From positions 124,090 through 188,089 of the forward strand of contig CAJMMO010000003.1 in the NCBI GenBank assembly GCA_905214545.1: a DNA stretch of 64,000 nucleotides, written 5' to 3'. Positions 40,222-50,859 of the stretch are shown one piece after another. Source of the DNA: an uncultured bacterium (GTDB taxonomy: Bacteria > Bacillota > Bacilli > Lactobacillales > Lactobacillaceae). The position numbers and the translations under genes were made by a program. Numbering within the stretch: the first letter of the stretch is position 1; every line of letters begins with the position of its first letter. Under the pieces are notes generated by a model. The model worked only from the letters and a program-made list of their open reading frames with translations, made no database searches and was not told the origin of the DNA.

Positions 40222-41115
40222 TTAGTCTTGATCTAAATAAAAACTGCCCAAACGGTAAGTCGTCACGGGTTCTACATGGTAATTGTACTTCGCCACCAAA
40301 TCACAGATCTGGTCGCCGTTAATCAAAGTAATGATTCTGGTCCCCGCACGCGCCGTCTTTACTGCTTCTCTAGTAAAGTCAGAATTCGTAATGAAAATAC
40401 CGAACTCAGCATTAAACTTGTCCATCGCCCCGCGGAATTTGTCGATCTCAGGTGCAGAAACCTTACCTTGCCAGCGCTTAGCCTGCAGGGCAACCCGCGT
40501 AGTGCGGTAATCGTCTGATCTCACATAGCCGAAGCCGTCGAGGACGCCATCAGCCACGTACTGGACACCGATTTCGTCGTCGACATCGACGCCCATTTTT
40601 GCCAGCAAGCCACGGCAGAAAAGCTCAAACTTGCGCGGGTTCATCTTGGCTAAGGCAGCAAGCAGCTCTTGTCGCCAAAGCTCTTCGATGTTGTCATCGT
40701 CTTCATTAGCCTCTGGTTCTTCAGGCGCAGGAGTGACTGGGGTCTGTGTCTTATGGCGGTGCGGCATCTTAGGCTCTGAAATTGCTCTGACATCCCTATC
40801 AGCATCGAAGTTAAAGAGGTCGACATTGCGGCCTTTTTTAGAAAGCTCCAGCATATCGCCAGAACCCTGGGTAAGAAAGTCGGCAAGCAATAAATGCTTC
40901 ACGGCAAAATTAAAGCTGTATTGAAACGGATGGTATGCATTTCCTGTTCTTTTGGAGATGCGCACTTCATCAATTTGCTGCTCGCTGAAGACAGTCGAAT
41001 TGTCGTGCAGTTCAGCTAAAATTTGTTTTCTGGTAGCTTGGCCGCCCATATTGTGCATAGCGATTAAAATTTCCTTCATCGCTTTGTTTTCAGTTAATAA
41101 TCGTCGATTTACCAT
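40222..41115 (-). CDS. mrr: Mrr-family Type IV restriction endonuclease
   Basis: N-terminal winged helix; FE.F...LL..MG, DG.LDG, LQAKRW, GIFIT.S.FT..A, I.LING. Confidence 0.88.
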   Translation of the reverse strand: MVNRRLLTENKAMKEILIAMHNMGGQATRKQILAELHDNSTVFSEQQIDEVRISKRTGNAYHPFQYSFNFAVKHLLLADFLTQGSGDMLELSKKGRNVDLFNFDADRDVRAISEPKMPHRHKTQTPVTPAPEEPEANEDDDNIEELWRQELLAALAKMNPRKFELFCRGLLAKMGVDVDDEIGVQYVADGVLDGFGYVRSDDYRTTRVALQAKRWQGKVSAPEIDKFRGAMDKFNAEFGIFITNSDFTREAVKTARAGTRIITLINGDQICDLVAKYNYHVEPVTTYRLGSFYLDQD

Positions 41116-41254
41116 TTAGCTCCCCGCCTTACTAGTTTTATCAACCAAATTATACTCTTGTCCCAATAGTGCACTACTCTGTGGAGAAAATGCGCCTAAA
41201 TAAAAAATAGCCCTCCTCACTTGCTGAGAAGGGTTATTTTTCTAATCAATTATC

Positions 41255-44248
41255 TTACTGTTCTTTGTTACGACGGCGGAAGGTAAAGCCAAAGAGGCCT
41301 ACCAAGATTGCGCCGATCGCTGCCAGCAAGCCGCTAGCCTGCTTGTCACTGCCGGTTTGCGGCAGCTTAGCAGCTTCAGCCTTTTTAACGGCTTGCGCCT
41401 TAACGCCTGCGTGCCGCTTTACAAGGGCAGCTGGCTTATTGCTAATTACCGGTTTTGCAGGTTTTTCAGGTTCAGCCGGAGCATCCGGAGTGTCTGGCTT
41501 GTCCGGAGTAGCCGGTGTGTCAGGAACATCCGGAGTATCAGGAGTGTCAGGGGTATCTGGCACATCTGGGGTGTCCGGTTGATCCGGAGTATCCGGGGCA
41601 TCAGGGTTATCTGGTACCACTGGGTTGTCCGGCTTGTCCGGAGCTTCGATCTTCTTCACGTTGATGGTCAAAGTGTTGCTCTAAGCGTTGAAGGTGTAGT
41701 GGCTGTCTGGCAATGTACCGTCCAATTCGTAACCGTCTGGCATAGTGAAGGTCAAAACAGTGCTGTCGCCAACCTTGCCGGTGACGGTCTCGCTTTTTAC
41801 AGTTTCGCCAGTAGCTTCGTCAACGTAGTTAATCGTTAGTGTAGCATCCTTGGCCGGAACAGTTTTCTTCTTCACATTGATGGTTAAAGTGTTGTCCTTA
41901 GCAGTGAAGGTGTAGTGGCTGTCTGGCAATGTGCCGTCTAATTCGTAACCGTCTGGCACAGCGAAGTTCAAAACAATGCTTTGGTCGAGAATGCCATTAA
42001 CCGTCTCGCTTTTTACGACTTTGTTGCCATGAGTGACGTCAACGTAGTTAATCGTAAGCGTAGCCGGAACGGCCTTCTTAGAAACAGTAACCGTTAAGGC
42101 TTTATCCTTAGTGCGGTCAATTGACACTGGGCCAGCTAACTTGCCGGAAACGTAGTCGTAACCCTCCGGCAGGTGCTGATCGATGGTTGCGTTGACTTTG
42201 TCGACTTCGTCTTGTTCAAGAGTGCCGTCTTCGTCTACGAAAACAGGAACTGAGGTTGTTTCCCCAATTTGGTTGCCATCTTTGTCCTTATAAACAATCT
42301 GTTGGTCGTAATTGTAGCCAGTGTGGAAATGGTAGACGCTGCCGTCATTGCCAGTGCCTGCGTTATCCTTAGTGACCAACCGCAGAGGATCGTCTTCCTT
42401 GTGGCTGTAGTCATGCTTCAATGAGTTGTCAGAATCAAGTTCAGCTGGTTTAACAACTTGGCCATTTGACAGATTGGTGCTCAGGTAACTTTGCGTCAAG
42501 GAACGCAGGTATTTTTCCAGATCATCAGAATCCTTGAAGGCAGTCTTGACGTCGATGTAGACTGGTGTCTCAGCGTTTTTCTGGATGCTGATCTTCTGAT
42601 TATTCCGTTTTTGACCGTTTAACAGTTGTTGCAGATTAGTGTCATCAGTGAAGACAACCAGGTTGTGTGTTGGATCATTAAAACTTTGAAGGTTAAAATT
42701 GGTCTTCGTCTTATCCAGCTTTAAGCCATTCATGCGGATGACGGAGTTGTTGTTAATCAAGAACATTTTGGAAACGTTAGTGTCGTTTCTCAGGTCCCAG
42801 TTTGACACGTTGAGATCTTTGATCTTGGTGCTGTTAAACATGTCGCTGGTGTCTTTGACCTTAGAAACGTTCCAGCCGCTCAAATCGCCAACCTTTTCGA
42901 GGTTGAGGCAGTTTAAAAACATCACCCTCATGTTATCGACGTTGCTTACATTCCACTTAGAAAGATCGAGTGAAGTTAAGCCTGCACAGCCGGTGAACAT
43001 TTCAGACATGTTTGTCGCACTGCTCGTGTCCCAATTTTCAACACCCTTGATTTCCTTGAGAGCTCCGTCTGCGAAAAACATTTGGTTGAAGTTTTGGTTG
43101 TGGCTGGTGTCCCAGTTTGACAAGTCGCCTACATCCTTTAAATTAGCGCACCCTGCAAACATGCCGCCCATGTCGCCATAGCCGCCCCACCATTGTTTGA
43201 CGGTACCGACCTTGCTGGTGTCCCAGGTATTTAAGCCAATGATGCGTTCAAGATTGCCATTGCTTGAAAACATATAGGTCATCCGGTCGACTTGAGAAAC
43301 ATCGAGATTCGTGACGTCTATATTTTTGTATGCAAGCCATCTAAATGCGTCAGCCCAATTACCATCGGCATAAACTTTGCCGTTACCATTTTTAGAAATG
43401 GCAAAGTTTGCAGCCTTGGTGCCGTTCTTATCACCATTGTCATTAAATTTTCTTGGGAAGCCAGCATTCAGGTAAACCTTTTGCCCATCGCTGATCTTGC
43501 CCGCTTGCGTGAAGTCATAAGTGTTAGGAACAACAATGGTGTCATTTTGAATTTCGCCAGTGTAGCCATTCAGCTCAATGCCGTCAGCGCGGTTAGTCCA
43601 AGTCCAATCGTTGACGTTGACTGGGTCTTCAGCAGCAGTCTTTTGAACTTTAGATTCGGCCAGGCTCTTAGCAAGCTTGTCTTTTGCATCCTTAGCCTTT
43701 TCATCCTTAGCTTCAGACTTTTCGTCTTTGTTGTCAGTCTTATCTTCTTTTTTGACAGCCAGTTCTTGGGTGTCTTTTTCGTCTTTAGCAGTTTCTTTTT
43801 GATCAGCTGCCGGCTTAGCAGCTTGGTCTTTAGTGTCAGCCTTAGTTGCTTGCTTGTCTGCTGCCTTGCCGTCAGTTGCAGCGGCAGTGTTGTCAGCAGC
43901 CTTAGCTGCGTCGTTCTTAGCAGCTTCTTGCTTTGCAGCACCCTCAGCTGCACAAGTTTGCTGAGCCTTTTCCGCAACATCTTGGTCTTGCTTAGCGGCA
44001 ACCTTATCCTCAGTTGCATTTTGTGGTTGCTGAGTTGAACCCTGCTCCTGCTTGCCTGCAACCAATTCAGTGTGTTCTGCAGGAGTCACTACTTCGGCTT
44101 CAACTTGGTCAGCGTGAGCACCAATCGCAAAGAAGCTCAAGCCTAAAACGACTGAGCAAACGCCGATTTTCATCTTACGGAGGCCGAAGCGATTTGGGTT
44201 GCTTGTTAATTTACGTTGTTTTTCAAAAAGATTCTTTTTAGATAACAT
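41255..44248 (-). pseudogene. BspA/DUF285-type LRR surface protein with MucBP-like repeats; TAG at 41681-41683 separates the LPXTG anchor
   Basis: FGLRK signal, W(D/N)(T/V)S.V..M..MF repeats; after the TAG the frame reads SNTLTINVKK, matching the preceding repeat, then PD repeats and LPQTG. Confidence 0.85.
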
Positions 44249-44762
44249 TTTTGGCCCTCACTCAGAAAGTAAATTAAAAGCTCACCAGCTCTTTCAAAGC
44301 TGTCCGTATCTATTTTTATATCCTTCGTAACACAATAGTATAACAAGAGTAGTGCGAGTTCAAACGAGCTGTTTGGTGAATTCTTACGTTATAAAAAATA
44401 ACATGCATTATTCTTGCTTGTCAAAGTATTGGCACGCCAGCATTTGGCGCTGCATCCCCGTCATATAGGCAATTATAAAGATATAATAGCAGCCATTTTC
44501 TCCCCAAATAATAATTTTTAAAAGCAGCTTTCTTAACAGATTTTTAACTTTTGAAATAACAGCTTTTCAATAACAAGAATTATCATTTTGCTTTTCATCG
44601 CCGTGGAAAATCTTTCCCGGCTTTTTTCTAGCTTTAAAAAATAAAATAACAATCTTTTATAAAAATACCTGTTATGCAGGAAACGCTTGGGAATCTAAAA
44701 CGTAAAAAAATAACCCCCTTCAATCATTTGAAGAGGGTTAAAAATAATGCGCTTCACTGCGG

Positions 44763-44776
44763 TGTAACCGGTAACA
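44763..44776 (+). promoter_or_regulatory. Putative CcpA cre site
   Basis: TGTAACCGGTAACA fits TGWAANCGNTNWCA. Confidence 0.5.
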
Positions 44777-44870
44777 CGTTAAAAAGCTTTAAGTTACATG
44801 CATATCTTTTGCTTTGCTGCGATCGACGCGATACCTTATTTACTTGTGACACAAAAAGGGAGATGGAGAT

Positions 44871-47800
44871 ATGAGTAGAGACAGAAGTCACCAATTAGTT
44901 TTTAGTTTGCGTAAATTATCGGTAGGGCTGGCTAGCGTAGCCATTGCCGCTACTTTTTTTGCACTGGGCAATACCACTACTGTTAACGCAGCAGACTTGC
45001 AGCCAAATAGTGTGGAAAACACTGCATCAGAAACTTCCACACAAGAAACACCTGCCGCAACACAAGCACAAACTGAGAAAGTCGAAGCCTCTACTAAAAC
45101 TCAAGCAGAAGCAACGCCTGCAGTGAAGGCAAATGCGCAACAGGAGGCTGCCGGAAAAGAGACCAAGGCTAACAATCCTGTCAGCCCTGATCCTGAAGCA
45201 GCTGCAGCTGACAAGCAGACCCAGGAAGCCCCTAAGCAGGATGACGCAGACAAGAAGACTGCTAACCCCTCTGCCCCTATCTTTGAAAGCGCACAAGCCA
45301 AGGACAAGGACGGGCAGCTCGTTCCTTCTGAAATCAACATTTCAGACAGCTCAGCTGTGTCATCACAGCTTGCTAAGCTGGTTAAGTCTTCTGCAAAAGA
45401 CTCCAATTCAGCCGACGAATTAAAGGACGCCACTTTTAAGCTCGTCGACGATCAAAATAAGGAAATTACCCTCGCCAAGGCCGGCACTTACACCGGCAAC
45501 ATTTTGGTTACCTTGGCGGACGGCACGCAGGCCCTGGTTAAAGGCGTGTCTTTAAAAGCCATTAGTAATGAAAACGACAAGTTCGCTTTAGACCCGAAAA
45601 ACGGCCTGCACGAACATAAAGACACGTCTGTCAACGGCGGCTACGACGAAGACTACTGGGGCAAACTGGACATCTCTCAATGGCAAACCAAAAAAGAAAA
45701 TGACCAGCTTGTTTTGACTGACTATACCGGTGATACCACCAAGGTCATCATCCCTAACTTAGACGACTTTGAGTCAACCTTAAGCGCGGATGACAAGTCA
45801 CAGATCAAACAAGTGACCATCTCCTATGACACGATGAAGGGCCTGGTTAGCCAGGCTAACCGCATCGGTATTTCTAAAACTAACGGGGCGACCGTTGGCG
45901 CCGCTGATCAAAAGTGGAGCGACCTGCTGGCTAAACCAGTTACAAATATAGTCGGCTATCCAAACATTAATTTATTGGACTTGCACAATTTCGATACGTC
46001 CAACATTACCAATATGAGCTACATGTTTGGCTGGGCCCCTAACTTGCGCACCGTAGGCGACCTGTCTAATTGGAATACAGCTAATGTGACCAACATGTAT
46101 GGGATGTTCCATGCAGCAACGAGCTTGACCGGTGTTGGCGACTTGTCCAAGTGGGACACCTCTAAAGTCACTAATATGAGCTATATGTTTAGCACAACCG
46201 GTAACTTGACCAATATCGGCGACTTGTCCAAGTGGAATACAGCCAGCGTTACTAATATGGCTTGCATGTTCTATGCCGCATCAAAATTAACCGGTGTTGG
46301 CGACTTGTCCAAGTGGGATACCTCTAAAGTCACCGATATGCGCTATATGTTTGCCGCCGCCAATAAATTGACCAGCGTTGGCGACTTGTCTAATTGGAAT
46401 ACGGCTAACGTGACCAACATGAACGGGATGTTCTATGCCGCATCGGGTTTGACCAGCGTTGGCGATCTTTCCAATTGGAATACAGCTAAAGTCACTAATG
46501 TGCAGAGTATGTTTCTGTATGCATCCAGCTTGAAGAATTTAAATATTTCTACTTGGAATTTGGCCAATGTCGCAGAAGGCAACTTTAATGCTTTCGCCGC
46601 TGGCGACACAAACTTGACGGTTATTGCCAACAACGTCAAAATGCCCAGCTGGTATGACGGCAGCGATAATTGCAATGCCTGGGGCAACCATATGGCAGTT
46701 GTGACCAACAACCCGCTGCTGCTGAAGACGACCGGCTATACTGATGCCCTTGAAATTAACGGTATCGACAGTAAAAACCTGACTCGCTCAATCTTCTACG
46801 ATTCTAAGGGGTCAAATGATGCTGTGCAGGTAATCTCTGCTGCTAACGATGCCTTGATCCGCAAATACATGCAGGATAATCCTGGCCGCACTCTTCGGCT
46901 GGCTTCTAATGTTAACAAAACAGACCCTATCTCTTTAGCTAACGCTAGTTTCATCGCTGCTAAGCCAACTAAAATTACCTACCACCTGATCGATGATGAC
47001 GATGGCGGCAATGTAGTTGCTGCGCAGACTGTTTCTGGGGATGCAGGCACCGCCAGAAATATCACGCTGACTTTGCCTGCTAACTATCAGCTGGCTGATA
47101 CTCCCTATTCAGATGATTTACCTTCTGAAGTAAAGGTCACTCTCAACGCAGGGTTCGATATTAACGACCAAGTTCTGCAGATCCACGTCAAGCACCAGCG
47201 CCAGGCTCAGCAGGGACGGGTGCAGATCACCAGAACCATTATTTTGAATGTACCCGCTGGCCACACTTTGACGCAGCCAAAGCCAGAGACAATAGACTTT
47301 ACTAGTCCGAAAAACGCCATCTTTTTAGATAAGGTAACGGGCAAATACTTGGCCCTCAGCAAGTCATACGACACTTTAGAAGATGCTGTGCAAGCAGTTG
47401 CTGCTGCACAAGACTTAAAGTTAGGAGAATATACTGTCCCAACGATTGCTGGTTACACGGCCAGACAAGATGTTGTACCGGAATATAAATTCCATCCGGG
47501 TGCTAAGAACTTTACAGTTGAAATCACCTACACGCCTAACCGGCAGATTAGCCGCATTGTCTACATAGACAGTGAGGGCAAGGTCATCAAGTCTGACCTC
47601 GTCCAGGGCCACACAGATGAAACTGTTAAAACTAATAGCAGTTTGCCAACCGGCTGGCAGTTAGCAGACGGCCAACAAGTGCCAACACAGATTACTTTCA
47701 GGGATGCGCAAGATTCTGACATTTACGTAACTGTTGAGCACGTAAAGACTGTCGTCGAACATGACCACCCTGCTAACTCAGGCGATAAGACGTCTACTGG

Positions 47801-48713
47801 CAAAGTGATTAACGGCGCTCATGACACCGACTTGAATCAACAAGTTACACGGACGATTACTGTTACTGACCCGGTAACCGGCAAGGTAACCACAACTAAG
47901 CAGGATGCGCACTTGCACCGCAAAGCGACTGTCGATGAAGTGACCGGCGCTGTAACATACGGCGACTGGCAGAACGACTTCTGGAACCTGTTTGCAGCTC
48001 CGCCAATTCCTGGTTACCACCCGAATTACAGCAACATCCCTGCTGCAGAAGTCCACGCTGACGACAAGGACCAGACGATCCATATCACTTATGTCGCTGA
48101 CGACCAAGCAGCGAAGATCATTTACAAAGACACCGACGGCAAGGTCATTAAGACTGGTGCAATCACTGGCAAGACTGGCGACACGGTAGCTGTGAAGCCA
48201 GACTTGCCTGCTGGCTACCACTTGGCAGAGCCTGCCAAGGTGCCGGGCAGCTATACTTTTTCAAGCAATAACAAGCCGCTTGAGATTGTTATTGCGAGGG
48301 ATGTGCCGGTTCAGCCGGAAGACCCTGCTGAGCCGACAAACGGCGGAACGGACAAGCCGAATAACAATAAGCCGCAGGACACTGAAAAGCCGGCAAAGCC
48401 TGACCAAAATAAGGGTCAGCAACAACACACAAGCTTAGTGATCACCCCGGCTCGTAAACCGAAAACTGTTTTAAAGCTGAAAGCAAGCCTTGCTAAAGCG
48501 GGCAAGGTTAATAATGCTGCAGGCACGGCGGGCAAGGTAAAAGCTGGCAATGTGGCAGACAGTGTTAATGATGTTAATAATGTTGCAAATACGGCTGATG
48601 AATTGCCGCAAACTGGGGATGCTCAAACCAGTAAAGCAGCAGCGTTGCTGTCTTTAGGCGCGATCCTGGCAGCCTTAGGCATTGGTGAAAATAAGAAACG
48701 TAAGCGCAGATAG
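44871..48713 (+). CDS. YSIRK-signal BspA/DUF285 LRR plus mucin-binding-repeat LPXTG protein
   Basis: FSLRKLSVGLAS; 26-aa (78-nt) GDLS.W.T..VT.M..MF repeats at about 45980-46560; Mub/MucBP-like repeats; LPQTG. Confidence 0.9.
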   Translation: MSRDRSHQLVFSLRKLSVGLASVAIAATFFALGNTTTVNAADLQPNSVENTASETSTQETPAATQAQTEKVEASTKTQAEATPAVKANAQQEAAGKETKANNPVSPDPEAAAADKQTQEAPKQDDADKKTANPSAPIFESAQAKDKDGQLVPSEINISDSSAVSSQLAKLVKSSAKDSNSADELKDATFKLVDDQNKEITLAKAGTYTGNILVTLADGTQALVKGVSLKAISNENDKFALDPKNGLHEHKDTSVNGGYDEDYWGKLDISQWQTKKENDQLVLTDYTGDTTKVIIPNLDDFESTLSADDKSQIKQVTISYDTMKGLVSQANRIGISKTNGATVGAADQKWSDLLAKPVTNIVGYPNINLLDLHNFDTSNITNMSYMFGWAPNLRTVGDLSNWNTANVTNMYGMFHAATSLTGVGDLSKWDTSKVTNMSYMFSTTGNLTNIGDLSKWNTASVTNMACMFYAASKLTGVGDLSKWDTSKVTDMRYMFAAANKLTSVGDLSNWNTANVTNMNGMFYAASGLTSVGDLSNWNTAKVTNVQSMFLYASSLKNLNISTWNLANVAEGNFNAFAAGDTNLTVIANNVKMPSWYDGSDNCNAWGNHMAVVTNNPLLLKTTGYTDALEINGIDSKNLTRSIFYDSKGSNDAVQVISAANDALIRKYMQDNPGRTLRLASNVNKTDPISLANASFIAAKPTKITYHLIDDDDGGNVVAAQTVSGDAGTARNITLTLPANYQLADTPYSDDLPSEVKVTLNAGFDINDQVLQIHVKHQRQAQQGRVQITRTIILNVPAGHTLTQPKPETIDFTSPKNAIFLDKVTGKYLALSKSYDTLEDAVQAVAAAQDLKLGEYTVPTIAGYTARQDVVPEYKFHPGAKNFTVEITYTPNRQISRIVYIDSEGKVIKSDLVQGHTDETVKTNSSLPTGWQLADGQQVPTQITFRDAQDSDIYVTVEHVKTVVEHDHPANSGDKTSTGKVINGAHDTDLNQQVTRTITVTDPVTGKVTTTKQDAHLHRKATVDEVTGAVTYGDWQNDFWNLFAAPPIPGYHPNYSNIPAAEVHADDKDQTIHITYVADDQAAKIIYKDTDGKVIKTGAITGKTGDTVAVKPDLPAGYHLAEPAKVPGSYTFSSNNKPLEIVIARDVPVQPEDPAEPTNGGTDKPNNNKPQDTEKPAKPDQNKGQQQHTSLVITPARKPKTVLKLKASLAKAGKVNNAAGTAGKVKAGNVADSVNDVNNVANTADELPQTGDAQTSKAAALLSLGAILAALGIGENKKRKRR

Positions 48714-48798
48714 TAATAACTATCTCGGACAAATAAAAAAGCCTGGTACCGATGAATTCGGCATCAGGCTTTTTTTCATGCAATAAATAATAGAATTT

Positions 48799-50701
48799 CT
48801 AATTCTTTTTGCGCTTGCCACTAAGGCCTAAGAGAAGTCCTGCTGCGGCAAATGCGAGGCCGATCAGGCCTGCGCGGTTTTGCTTGTTGCTGGTTTGAGG
48901 CAATTTAGCTGCAGTAGCTGCTGGTTGTACTGGCGCGGTGGTCTGTTTAGTGGCAGGAGCAGCAGGTTCGTCGGTAATTGCCGGAGCTTGTGGTTTCGAA
49001 GCTTCTGGCGTTTTTGGAACATTAGGCTGAGCTGGCTTTTCTGAGTTGGTAGGCTCGTCGTGCTTTCCGTTGTCGGGAACGACAGGTTTAACAACGTGAA
49101 CGATGATTAAGCTCTCGCCGGCAGTGACTGTGTGTGTAATCTTAGTTTTACCGTCGGTCGTGGTGTAGCCGTCTGGCACATTGTCAGTGATGACATCCCC
49201 TGGCTGCACAGTCTCTTTAGTTTCCTTGACAACGTGGTCTTCAGGATCCACATAGCGGATTGTGATCGCTTGTGTCACAGGATCTGGATCAGTTTGCGGG
49301 ATGACGTTTTTAGTATAAGTGACAGTGGTCGTAATATTTTTGCTGTCCGGGGTAACTGTTGCGCCCTTGACCACAGCTTTATCTGGAGTGTAACCGGTAA
49401 TAGTTGGCGACTCTACGTCAGCAAAAGTTAATGGGTTGTGGTCCCAAGTGATCGTGCCTGTACTGTCTTTAGTACCATTAAAAGTCAGGGTTTGTACATT
49501 GTCAGCTGGCGACTTGCTGCCGTCGCTCATTACGTAGTGAATAGTTTGCTTTACGTCCTTGTGGGCTGGTGTAGTAGCACGTTTGATATGGACTTCAAAA
49601 GTTTGATCTTTCGAGTCATCCTGATCAAAGACAATTTCCGGAATAGGTTTGGCTAAAACATAGTCCTCGCCCAATTGGTGGATCGTGCTCTCGATTTGAG
49701 ACTTACAATCCTTGTGTTCATCAGAATCGCCAGTGATATCTTCTCTATTAACAACTTTATTTTGGTCATCATCATAGTAAACAATCGTGGCTTTTTGCTT
49801 ATTTGTCTGTATTGGTGTATAGATCACTTTAATTTCAACAACATACCCATCATCACCAGGGTCATCACTAGGTTTGTCAGGCCGCGTGATAATCGGCTTC
49901 TGCGGCACTGCCCTATGGCCGGGAATCTTAGGAATCTTAATATTGGCAAGCCAGGCATTTTCAGCTGTGTCAGCTACTTTTAAACTCTTGGTTTTTACGC
50001 CAGTAACACCATCTGAAGCTTTTGTAACAATTACCTTCACAGTTTCGAATAATGGATCACTGAAGTAGGGCTTTGCTGCCGATTGCCCATTGCTATAAAA
50101 GTATTCAACATGCAGTGGCACAAAGATGTTCGTCTGGGCAGTGCTTATATTATGTTTTACATAGATATCATAAACTTTATTTTGGTCAGGAAATGCCGAT
50201 AATTGAACATCTTTAACTAAGCGGTATTGACTCAGTTCGTTGGACACATATTCGCTAACACTGAATGGGAGGGCAGCACCAGGCAGACCCGAACAGGTTT
50301 TAGTCCATAATACTTTGTTATTATCATCAATATCCTTAATATTTACCGTAAGAGTTACTTTTTGGTTCTTATCAGAAGTATCCGAAGCAGTCGTTTGATT
50401 CCCAGCACCAGCTGAGACCGAACTACCCGTTAACTCATTATTTTTGTCGGTCCCGTCCGTGACCGTCGAGCCATCCGCATCATTTTCCACAACGTCATGC
50501 GTCTCAGCATCCGTCGTGCCATTTACAACATTCTGTTGTTCAGCACCAGCCATCTCAGTCGTGGCATAGGCGGTGTTTTGACCCCCCCCACATATAGATT
50601 GTGGTGCCTAACAGCACTGAAGCCACGCCCCAGCTGAACTTGCGCAAACCATAGCGGCGCTTGGTCGAAGCAGCCAGACCTTTATTATTTTTAGAGTTCA
50701 T
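48799..50701 (-). pseudogene. YSIRK/mucin-binding surface protein frameshifted in a G8 tract (50582-50589)
   Basis: ATG 50701 gives MNSKNN..RRYGLRKFSWGVAS; one G fewer joins it to ORF 48799-50553; LPQTS anchor. Confidence 0.85.
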
Positions 50702-50859
50702 AATCCTTTTCCTCATAATTTTAGTCAAAAAATATATTTATATACTTCAATCGTATCACACCTAGACTGCGCTCACGCCGTTATTCAAGGGTTTTATTTT
50801 TAAGTAAAAAAAGAACTCTCCTCAGATAATGAGGAGAGTATTTTTGTTACAGAATATTT

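Noticed and set aside
395..41683. Amber (TAG) recoding to explain four in-frame TAGs
   Set aside because: TAG is the genuine stop of many intact genes here (12485, 15310, ribH 32647, 50860), and the abi break is TAA.
45980..46560. 78-bp repeats as a non-coding array
   Set aside because: They are in-frame LRR coding repeats.
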